From contig NZ_JMCB01000006.1 in NCBI RefSeq assembly GCF_000737315.1, positions 20,001 through 268,000 of the forward strand: DNA of 248,000 nucleotides. The letters run 5' to 3'. The DNA is from Hyalangium minutum. GTDB lineage: Bacteria > Myxococcota > Myxococcia > Myxococcales > Myxococcaceae. The translations under genes were made by a program, and so were the position numbers. Each line of letters begins with the position of its first letter. Positions within the stretch are counted from its first letter, which is position 1. This document shows, piece by piece, positions 9,101-18,500 of the stretch. Below the pieces are notes generated by a model. That model did no database searches. It was not told where the DNA came from and was given only the letters and a program-made list of their open reading frames with translations.

Positions 9101-12100
9101 TCATAGATGCGCTCGGTGACGAGGCTGCGCGCGTCCTTCTCCTGCGTGAGGTTGTGCGCCGTATCCCATTGGCGCTCGGTTCGATTGCCCAGCGGATCCA
9201 CGAGGACCACGGGATTCCCCGCCGCGTTGTGCTCGCGCTGCCACTCGTTCCCCAGCCGATCCACGTAGACGGCACGGCGGTTCACCGTGTCATAGAACGC
9301 AGAGGCCTTATGGCCGAGCGGGTTGATGCTTCCCACCCACCGATCCAGCGCGTCGTAGAGGGTGACCCAGACCTTGCCTCGCTTGTCGGTCCGCCGAACG
9401 AGGTTGTGCGCATCGTCGTAGGCGTACGTCTCCATGTTGTTGAGCACGTCCACGGCGCCGACGAGATCGTCACCCTCGTAGGCGTAACGCACCGTGCGGT
9501 TCGCGCGATCCGTCACCTTCGTGAGCTTCCCATCCGTGTACCCAAAGCTCAGCGCCACCTCATTGTCAGAGTCCCTCACTTCGGAGGGGAGCCCGTTCGC
9601 ATAGAGGATGTCGACACGGCTGCCACCCGGCTCCGAGATACTTCGCAGCCGCCTGGACGAATTGAACTCGTAAACCAGCCCCTCTTTCGTCCGCAGCCTG
9701 TACCCATCCGAGAGCACAGTCAGTGTCAGGTACCAGCCCGGCGGCGCGGTGAACGTCGAGCCCGATTTCTGGAAGCGCACCTCGCGCCAGTCCTCGGTGA
9801 TGTACGTCAGGCTCCCGTTCAGCTCGAGGCGAAGGTACATCCCGTAGCTGTGCATCCACCCGTACCCTAGCTCCGTCATCCCATTCCCTCGGGAGGCGTA
9901 CGTGCGGCGCCAGGTGATGGGCAGCCCCACCGCTGGGAGCGTCAGATCCGTCCACTGCTCCCGCAGGTTGCCAGTGGCCATGTTCACCGTGGAATTCACC
10001 ACGGCCTCGTCACAGCCACAGGCGGGTCCCTCGGAGGAGCCGCTGGAGCCCCCCGGTCCACTGTTGCTGCCGCCGTTGAGCAGCTCGCCGATCAGGTAGG
10101 CCCCCTCCCCCGTCACCGGGTTCTCCAGGATGTAGCCCTCCTGGTTGATGTACTGCTGGTAGTTGGTGGGGTGCTGGGGGATGGTGATCCGCCAACCTGC
10201 TGCCAGCGCCTGATCCACCCGGCTCATCGTCAGGTCCGAGAAGCCCTGAAGCAGGGCCCGGCCTGACGAGTCCTGCGGCGTGATCCGGAAGACGGGAACG
10301 CCCTGGCTCGCCGACGCCTGGATGATGCGCACCGCGGACACCGAGACGGTGGACATCACCTCTTCCCACACCTTGTGCTCGAGCGCGCTGCCATGGTGGC
10401 CCGCCAGCCGCATCAGCCCCGCCTGGTAGCGGAAGTCCGCATCCATCGGCATCGGCGTCACCGAGTCCCGCGCCACGTCCAGCACGTACTTGCCCGGCGC
10501 CAGCGAGAGCGGCGTGCCGTTCACCTGCTGCACCTTCAGCTCCTTGCCCGCCGTGCCCTCGATGACGTCCTGGAGCACGCGGTGGCGCTGAAGCCCGAAC
10601 AGCCGCGCCGCGTCCGCTCCCTTGTGGTGCGAGTACAGCGCCAGGGCCAGGTGGGCCTCGAACTCCGCGCGCTCGTCTCCCGTCAGCCCCTGCGCCTGCT
10701 GCCGCAGCGCCTGGATCTGGCTCACAGGCGTGGCGCCCGCACTCGCCATGAACGCGTACACACCTCCCGCGATCAGCGAGTGCTTCACCACCGCCGGAGC
10801 ATCTCCCGGAATGGTCACCTTCACGGTGAGCTCCTGCTCCACACCCGGCATCACCGCGCTGAAGCGCTTGGCCTCCTGGCCATTGACCCTCAGGGAGGGG
10901 GCCACGCGCACCGCGTACGGCCGGACTCCCGTGATGCCCCCCGCCGTCTGGATGGCGGCTTCATCCGTTGGGGTCGCTCCCGGATAGCGCAGCGCGACCC
11001 GCGGCCCCTGCAGCTCCGCCAGCTCGAACGTGGCCTTCTCGCCTCCGAGTGACAGCTCGACCGTGTGTCGGAAGCTCTGGGGCGGCCTGGCGAAGTGGAG
11101 GGGCTCCGACACCAGCTCCGCGGGGTGCTCGGCCGGCAACAGCCGGAAGAGGTCTTCTTGCACGGTGGCCTTGGCCAGCGCGTCATCCAGCGTGTTGCAC
11201 AGGTTGCGCAGCTTGGCTGCGTCCAGGAGCTGCCGCTCGAAGATCTCTCGCGGTGTGTCGGAGGTCAGCGCCCCCAGGTACGCATTGAAGTCGAAGGAGA
11301 CGAGCCCTCGCAGGTCCACGCCCTGGCTGTGCTGCACGCGCTTCAGGCCCGGATCGAGCCGGACCCACAGGTTCTCGCCTCCCCGGCCCGTGCCTCGGTA
11401 GTCCGAGTACGCCACGTACGCACGGACATAGGCGCGCTCGGTGAGGACACCCTTGCCGTCCTCCGTGAGGGCCGCCGGGATGCCCGAGGACGACAGCACG
11501 AAGGCGGCTGTCCTCGCATCCACCGCTCCTGTGAGCGCCTGGGCCTGCGCCGCAGAGAGCCGCACCGTCGTGTACTCGTAGCGTGCGGGAACGCCCGCCT
11601 CGCGCAGCAGGGCGATGAGCAGGGACGCCTGATCGAAGTCATTGCCGGCGCCCTCGGCGAGCGTCGCCGCCGCGCCCTTCTTGGAGCCGTAGTACAGCTC
11701 GGTCTTCACCTTCGTGTGCACGTGGTTGTAGAGCGCGAGCGGCTGGTTCCCCAGCGACTGGGCCAGCAGCTTCAGCTCCGGGCTGCGCAGCGTCTCGGGC
11801 GTCTCCGCGAGATCCTCGGGAGCCGGCTCCGGGAGCACGCCCAGCAACGGCATCAGCAGCCCCAGGTCCGTCATCACCGAGGCCAGCCGCACGGGGGCGC
11901 GCGGAACTCCCGCCAGCGCCGTCTCCAGCGCCACGGAGCTGCCATCCGCCAGCTCCACGGAGACGGACTCTCCCTCCAGTGACGCGTAGAAGGAGTCCAG
12001 CTCGGGCGTCCGCTGCCCCAGCGTTCCCTTGCGCCGGGGAGCGGGAGGGTTCGGCTTCAGAGGCTTGAGCCGTCCCAGGTCCAGCATGCTCCCCCGGCTG

Positions 12101-12570
12101 CCCGACTGCCGCTCCGTGGCGGCGCGCTGCCGCATCGCCTTGGCCAGCTCGGGCGTCCGCTTCGCCAGCCGCTCCTGCAAGGCCGCGGGCGAGAGCTTCA
12201 GGCTCCGCGCGCGCGCCACCTCCTCGCGAATCTCCGCATCCGGAGTGGCCTGCTTGATGCGCCGGGCCTGCTCCTGTGCCAGGAGCTTACTGGCCTTCTG
12301 CTCGTCCGCACGCGTGAGGCGCTCCAGCTCCGCCAGCGCCTCTTTCCGGCGTCGCGCGGTCTCCTCACCCCGCTTCGTGTCATATGCCGCTGGATCCGAG
12401 ACCTGGAGCGGATCGATGCCCAGGTTCTTCGCGGCCTGCGCGAGCCGCAGGCCGTAGGCGCGCTCGGCGGCCTGCGCACGCTGCAGCTCCCCCATGCAGA
12501 GGAACTGCAGCGTGACCAGGGTCAGCAGGGAGGACGTGGTCTGGAACCACACCTTCTTCGTCTGAAACAT
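6148..12570 (-). CDS. RHS/YD-repeat polymorphic toxin with signal-like N-terminus and transglutaminase-like domain
   Basis: DUF6531-like VNMATGNL, many YxYD repeats, core FGYTGREHD...NPTAYVDPSG, short C-terminal extension. Confidence 0.9.
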   Translation of the reverse strand: MFQTKKVWFQTTSSLLTLVTLQFLCMGELQRAQAAERAYGLRLAQAAKNLGIDPLQVSDPAAYDTKRGEETARRRKEALAELERLTRADEQKASKLLAQEQARRIKQATPDAEIREEVARARSLKLSPAALQERLAKRTPELAKAMRQRAATERQSGSRGSMLDLGRLKPLKPNPPAPRRKGTLGQRTPELDSFYASLEGESVSVELADGSSVALETALAGVPRAPVRLASVMTDLGLLMPLLGVLPEPAPEDLAETPETLRSPELKLLAQSLGNQPLALYNHVHTKVKTELYYGSKKGAAATLAEGAGNDFDQASLLIALLREAGVPARYEYTTVRLSAAQAQALTGAVDARTAAFVLSSSGIPAALTEDGKGVLTERAYVRAYVAYSDYRGTGRGGENLWVRLDPGLKRVQHSQGVDLRGLVSFDFNAYLGALTSDTPREIFERQLLDAAKLRNLCNTLDDALAKATVQEDLFRLLPAEHPAELVSEPLHFARPPQSFRHTVELSLGGEKATFELAELQGPRVALRYPGATPTDEAAIQTAGGITGVRPYAVRVAPSLRVNGQEAKRFSAVMPGVEQELTVKVTIPGDAPAVVKHSLIAGGVYAFMASAGATPVSQIQALRQQAQGLTGDERAEFEAHLALALYSHHKGADAARLFGLQRHRVLQDVIEGTAGKELKVQQVNGTPLSLAPGKYVLDVARDSVTPMPMDADFRYQAGLMRLAGHHGSALEHKVWEEVMSTVSVSAVRIIQASASQGVPVFRITPQDSSGRALLQGFSDLTMSRVDQALAAGWRITIPQHPTNYQQYINQEGYILENPVTGEGAYLIGELLNGGSNSGPGGSSGSSEGPACGCDEAVVNSTVNMATGNLREQWTDLTLPAVGLPITWRRTYASRGNGMTELGYGWMHSYGMYLRLELNGSLTYITEDWREVRFQKSGSTFTAPPGWYLTLTVLSDGYRLRTKEGLVYEFNSSRRLRSISEPGGSRVDILYANGLPSEVRDSDNEVALSFGYTDGKLTKVTDRANRTVRYAYEGDDLVGAVDVLNNMETYAYDDAHNLVRRTDKRGKVWVTLYDALDRWVGSINPLGHKASAFYDTVNRRAVYVDRLGNEWQREHNAAGNPVVLVDPLGNRTERQWDTAHNLTQEKDARSLVTERIYDTRGNMTEQRDPDGRVTKYTYDTAFNQVLTVEATGRPKVTNTYDTAGRLKTRTDGLGVASYGYDARGRLETFTKPGPAVTRMTYGSKGLPLTMTDPQQVTTTLTFNSAGYITETKDSDNKKHTFEVDAAGQVTAMVDALNARFESTYDAEGHRLTTKNPLLAVTTYTYDAVGRVTSVEDALNGVSRTEYDANGRVVALVDARNARTVMRYDAAGRHVETVLANGASTVLGYCAELTTQPCVQVDATGGLYRRDFDRMGRVLSEVDSLKRESRYEYDTAGRIKASSELGQAPTTYAYGSHGLLERVTKGDQSITYGYDGRGNRTSVTAGSQRTQYQYDLANRLQWEKNPLNVVTSYEYDGVGNRTAKVDGNSRRTTYAYDGNRRLKSVTFEDGSTYQYDYDEAGRRTLEKNGTHARTLEYDALGRVKEVIDASLGRTLRYTYDANGNRTSVTSAGLEHHYSYDALNLLRQAVDSAGQRTVISYDDLGRRTRITRSNGIATTYSYDAASQLLGIVHAKEGAVVAGSSYTYDAGGNRLSKTLADGTRESYIYDASDRLTGVDYGTQRSVRYTLDLLGNRTALREVTGGTNRQVNSAFNAFNQLERSFEGGVATEYGYDNNGNLLSETKAGQLVKQYGWDLDNRLRQVTLASGELHTFEYDATGLRTKQTTPAGSTQYLLDGATVLQEFSSTSPTPTSYLTHPQTTDEILSFQQAGSTYSPLTDALGSVVAIADQTGAVVRTNSYDAYGARTTSGSGPMLAFGYTGREHDSTGLNYHRDRYMDPKLGRWIQPDRLGMVDGANIYQYVRGNPTAYVDPSGKFGLLVGLAIVIIIIVAAFIFAGTVGRRMGENEDFNNLKRLRAVDIDVETCRTEIPSSDPNGMLDPDRLAALTAAAERAEIYVVDFGQSRESSAKHYIGRARGREILLSADLFRGSNTNNRKVAFIAEIQHVAGLYDEEAAQEELEQLLSIMELELPEGWRHGSDLSGG

Positions 12571-12585
12571 GAGGGCTGTGTCTTT

Positions 12586-15500
12586 CTACGGGCAGGAGAG
12601 CGGAGCCGGGACCGTCTGCGGCCCCGGCGAGAGCACGAGGGTTTGCGAGTTCGTGAGCGTGACCTGGCGGCCCACCACGGCGCCTCGCAAGCTCGTGTTG
12701 TTGCCGAGGATCACGTGGGTCAGCGGCGCGTAGATCTGCATCGCCGCTGTCGACTGGTTGAGCACGGAGACCGCCTGCCCCGTCGAGGCACTGCTCACGA
12801 GGAGGAGCGAGGCCCCTGTACCGGGTGCCGCCCCCAGCGTGGACTGATTCGAGACCGACACGGAGCCGGAGACGAAGAGCTCGACGCTGCCTCCCGAGGC
12901 AACCTTTAGGGTGGCCCCCCCTGTCAGCACCAGGTGATCCAGCAGGAAGCGGCCCGACGGCAAGGTGAGGGTCTCCTGATCGATCTCGAGTCCTCCTCCC
13001 ACGAGGAAGGGCGAGATGTCCGGATCCGCCTGGAGCAGTGCGTTGTCGTTCTGCTGCCCCACCTTCTGGAACCAGCGCGTCAGATCGTAGCCGCAGCTGC
13101 ACGGGGTGGGCGGCGAGGACACCGTCTCATCCCCGCCAGTGGCCTGCGCACCCGTGCCAAGCACGAGCTGCCCGCCGTGGTAGATCCGCCCGCCCACGCT
13201 CGCCAGGCCCCCCAGCTGGGTGAGAGTGCCAGAGACAACGTCACCGCTGACGGAGCTGCTGTCGCCCATCAGCACGGATCCATGGCTCGCCACCGAGGCA
13301 GGACCGCTCAACCCCACCACCTGCGCGCTGTCCTGAATCGACAGGCTGTCGAGCGCGCAGGCCGCGAAGAGGAACCGCGGACGCGCCTGCAACACCGTGA
13401 AGTGCACCGTCACCGACGACAGGTTGCCGGCCATGTCCCAGGCCTTGACGCGCAGGGTGTGGGCACCGAGCGCGGTCACCGGGGTGCCGCTGTCGACGAG
13501 GACATTGTCCAGCACGCCCTCCAGCGGCTGGAGCGGCGAGGCATCGGTGGCCGTGAATACCGGAGTGAAGGAGGTCCCCAGCGCGCCCTCGGACACTCCC
13601 GTGACAGAGAGGACCGGCGGCGTGAAGTCCAAGGTGAACGAGACGGTGCGCACCGTCTGATTGCCCGCGAGGTCCACGGCTGTCACCACCAAGACATGCG
13701 TCCCCTCGGCCGTGACGAAGGTGCCAGACGTGAACGTCGCTCCATCCAGCGTTGCCGAGACCGAAGCGAGGTTCGTGTCGACGACGTCGAACGCGGGCGC
13801 GACCTCGTGGTTGATGTATTGGCCGTCCTTGACCCAGTAGACCCAGACTTCAGGCGGGGTGAAGTCCAGCGTGAACTCGATGACACGCTCGGCCACATTG
13901 CCGGCCCCATCCACCGCGCGGAGCGCCAGCAAGTGCGTCCCCTCCGTGCTCACCGCGGTCCCCAGCGTGAACGGCACCCCATCCAGGGTAGCGACCAGCG
14001 TTCCAGGGTGAAGCTCCTGCACCGTGACCCCCGGGGTGAGCGGAACGGAGCTGTACTGGCCATTCACGACTCCCGTCACCCCCAGCACGGGCGGTGTGAA
14101 GTCCAGGCTGAAGGACCGCGTCTCGCTGACAGCATTGCCCACCGCGTCGGACGCCTGGACTACCCACAGGTGATCGCCCTCCGCGTTGACCTCCGTCCCG
14201 GACGCGAGCGGCGAGCCGTCGAGCAGGGACGTCACCGTGCCCGGATGCGGCTCCGACACCGAGTAGGACAGGGTGACCGGCGTGTTGAGCAGCGCCCCAT
14301 GGCTGGGGCCATCCAGGCTCAACACCGGTGCCGTCTGGTCGATGCTGAAGTGGATGTCCACCGAATGGCTGTTCCCGGCACCGTCCACCGCCGTCACCGC
14401 CAGCAGGTGGGCGCCCTCCGCGGAGATGGCGGTTCCCAGGGAGAAGGGCACACCATCGAGCGTCGCCACGACGCTGCCCGGGTGCGCATCCTCCACCGTC
14501 ACACTCGGAGTGAGCGGCACCGCGCTGACCTGACCCTCGGCGACTCCGGTGATTTCCACCTGAGGAGCCGTGAAGTCCAGGCTGAAGGCGCGCGTCTCCG
14601 TGGTGCTGTTGCCCGCCAGATCTACCGCCGTCACCGTCCAGAGATGATCCCCCTCCCCATCCACGAACACTCCGCTTTCCACGGGCGCGCCGTCCACTGT
14701 GGCCACGAGCGTTCCCGGGTGCTGCTCCTGCGCCTGGAAGGACAAGGTCACGGGCGTGTTGAGCAGCGCCCCGTGAGCCACGCCCGCCAACTGCAGCACC
14801 GGCGGCGTCAGGTCGATGGTGAACGACACCGACCGCTGACGCTGGTTGCCAAAGGCGTCCGCCGCGCTCACCTCCAGCAGGTAGCTCCCCTCCGCCGTCA
14901 CGGCCGTGCCGCTGGTGAAGGCATTGCCATTGAGCGTGATGGTGGTACTCGACAGGTACGGATCCGTGACTGTGATTTCCGGAATGACCTGCGTGGGTGA
15001 GAACTGTCCGTCCGTCACTCCCGAGATGGTGATGACCGGCGGCTCCTGATCGGTGGGCATCTCCGCCGTCACGACGAGCCGATCCAACGTCTGGCCGTCG
15101 AGCTGGGCGACCAGCACCTTCTGCCGCGCGTCCAGCTGCGAGGTGGGCAGGGACAGCACGATGTCCTGCGAGCTGCCAGGCGCCAGGCTCACCTGGGTCG
15201 AGGCCGTGGCCTCCTGGCCCAGCAAGGGCGTGTCCAGCAGCAACACGCGCAGCAGCCCCTCCACCGTCTCTCCGCTCGTGTTCGTGAGGAGGACGTGGGT
15301 TTGCAGCGGCGGGCCGATGGGGAAGGGGCTCGCGGCGGAGAGCTGCGCGGTGACGACCCGCGCCGGAACAATGACGACCTTCCAGAGCACCTGGTTGCTC
15401 GCGATGACGGTCCCCTGCGCGTCCCGCAGTTCGGCCCGGACGCGGTAACTGCCCGCCTGCGCCGTGGGCGAGACGGAGAAGCGCTCGGCGATGTCATGGA

Positions 15501-18500
15501 AGGCTCCGGGCGCGAGCTCCGAGATGGCCCACTGCCCCGACGCGAGCAGGGTCCCCGTCACATCCTCGAACACCACCTGGAGCGTCCCTGCGGGCAGCAC
15601 GGCATTGCGCCCCGTGTTGCTCACGCGCATCTGCGCGAGGACCGTCTCCTCTGGGCCATAGCTCTCGCGATCGGTCACCAGCCCCAGGCTGGCCACGGCC
15701 TCCGCGGTGAGCGTGAACGGCACCGTGCCGACTGCCACCGGCCGCCCCCCCTCAGTCACCTGGATCCGCAGCGAGTACAGCCCAGGCCCGAAGGCCCCCG
15801 TGTTCCAGCTCAGGGAGGTCTGGTACTCGGCTCCTCCTCCCACCACCAGCCGGGGGCTCGTTGCCAGCGTCGCCACGAGCGCGCCGGCCGGACCCTGGAT
15901 GGCCGCATCCCATGCGAGCGTTCTCCCGCGCGGGCTCTGGTTGGCCAGAAGCACCGTGAACGAGACCGGCGCCGCAGGCCCCACCACGCCAGGGCTGGCC
16001 GTCCCCGACACCACGAGCAACGGATCCTCCACGGGGAGGTTCACCTCCCGCACGTTGTTCAGCTCGCTGAACTCCGTGACGATGCCCTGCGGATCCACCT
16101 CGGCATGGATGAGGGTGCTCGCCTGCGGAGCGGTGATGCGCGCGGTCAGGACCGTGCTCTCCGCCGTCAGCAGCGGCGGCACCTCTAGCAAGAGCTCCGG
16201 CTGCCCGGGGACCTCGATGCTCAACAGCGTCCCGGGAGAGGGACTGCCGCGGTTCAGAACCGTCACGCTCACGGTGACTGCTTCCCCCGCGTAGGCCGGC
16301 GAGGGTGAGGCGCTCACCGCCTGCACCGTGAAGTCCGGCATCGCCGCGGGCATCGACTCCACGGTGAACACCGCCTCGTTGTTGAGGCGCTCCTGGTCCA
16401 GCGTCACCACCTGAGGATCCGCGATGACCCGGTACCCATGGCTGCCTGTCAGCGCGATCCCCGTCACCAGCACATGCGCCTCGGCGCCCGGCTGCAGCGC
16501 GGGGAGCGCCGCCGCGCCAAAGAGGGGACTGTTGGCGCCTCGTGGCCCGTCCCAGGCCTCGACCGTGCTGGCTCCACAGGCCTGCGCACCCTGGTTCCGT
16601 ACTGTGACATCCAGCGTGAGCGCCTCTCCCGTCTGTGGCAAAGGAGGCTGGCTGGAGAACTGCGCTGTATCCACGGCCAGATCACACCCCTGCGTTCCTG
16701 GGAGGACGTAGACACGAGCCGAACCGATGTTGTTCTCCCGCCCAGACTCCTCGATGGCGCCATCCGCGTTGGCGACCACATAGAGGACGTGCTCCCCTTC
16801 CGGATACGCCACCCAAGGCAGGGAGAGGGTCGCCACGCCCGTACGTGGGGCCAGGGGCCCCGCCGCGACAACGTCCGCCAGGTGCCGCCCACCCGCCGTG
16901 GGGTCTCCATCGTAGAGGGCCACATGGACACCGCTCGCGGCCACACCTCCCACGTTGCGCAGAGTGACGGTGACCGTCTGGATCCCTCCCACCGTGGGCG
17001 ATTGCGGCGACACCGTGATGTCCGCGTTGCGGACGGAGAGATCCGCCATCAGCGTGGCCGGCTCCACGTCGAACTGCTGGTTCCATGTGTTGTGGGTCGT
17101 CCACCAGCGGTAGTCGCTCCCCAACCGGAGGTCCGCCCCAACCTGCCCCTTGCGAATGGAGCGCGTCGGCCACAGTGCCGGCTGCTTCTTCCAGTGCACG
17201 CTGGAGAAGATGAGCACCTCGCCTCGGCCATACTGCGGGTGGTCCCGAAGCTGGGTCGGTGGCGCGGTGCCCTCTATGAACGGCATCGCGATGTCCGCGT
17301 GGCCATCCGCGTCGATATCGACGACCACGGGCGTGTGCTCCGGGAAAGAGTAGTTGGCGCCGGTCTCGGGCTGCATCTGAGCCGGGAAGGTCTCCAGCAG
17401 CTCACCCGTACGGCCGTCCTGGATGACGGGGGGCGTCAGTAGCCCGGCGAAGATGGCCTGGGGCCGGCCCTGGCCCAGCACGTCCGCCAACACTCCGTTG
17501 AACGCATCCACACCGGACCTGCCTCCTCCCGTAGCGCACACCGTGCAGAACAGCTCCTGCGACCACAGGGGCAGCAGGTCGGGAGTGAACGCCCCCGTGA
17601 TGCTGGTGCCGCCATTGTTGGCCAGCGTCACATAGGCGAGACCATCCTGCCGCAGCGCTCCCGCGCTCAGGAAGTACTCCCGCGCCTCGAAGGGAGTTCC
17701 TGTCTGGACCTGCTGGCCGGTGATGAGATCTCTCGCCACGAGATTGTTGCGGAACCTCGGGATGATCACCTCCGCTTTTCCATCCAGGTTGAGGTCCACG
17801 ACCCCGGCCCCGATCGTCCCCGTCGGCTGCGACACCTGCCAGCGGACAGTCCCTTGCGCGCTCACGAGCGCATAGAGGCCGATCTTGGACGCCAGCACCT
17901 CGTTCTGGCCATCTCCGTCCGCATCCAGGACGGTGGCCGTGTACCCGAGCTGGCAGGTGGCCGAGCCGACAGTGGCCGTCCAGAGGTCCGTGCCATCCAC
18001 GCCCGAGAACGCTCGGAGATCCTGGGTCCAGGCCACGATGTCCCCCACCCCATCTCCATTCAGATCTCCCAGGCCCAGCGCGTAGCTGGACACGGTGGAG
18101 GCAGAGCAGCCGGAGGTACCCGCGAGGACTCGCTTCCACTTGAGCGTCCCATCGGGCCGCAGCGCGACGAGCTCATAGTTGTTCGAGGTATCCTTCGAGT
18201 AGGCCACGATCTCCCCCGTTCCATCGCCGTCGAGGTCGGCCGTGGCGACGTCGAGTGTCGTGGTCATGGGCGTATAGGACCAGAGCTTGCTCCAGGAGCC
18301 GTCCGTCCCCTGCTGGAGCAGCGAGACGAACTCCTTGGAGACCGTCCCCGTTACGGTCCTGTGGACGAGCACCATGTCGGGCTTCGTGCCGCCGAGGAGC
18401 GGGGCGATGCGGATCTCGCTCCCCTGCACGTAGGTGCCCGCGACGCCCGTGTCCACGATGGCCTTGAGGAACAGATGCCGCCCGGCCACGTTGTTCACGG

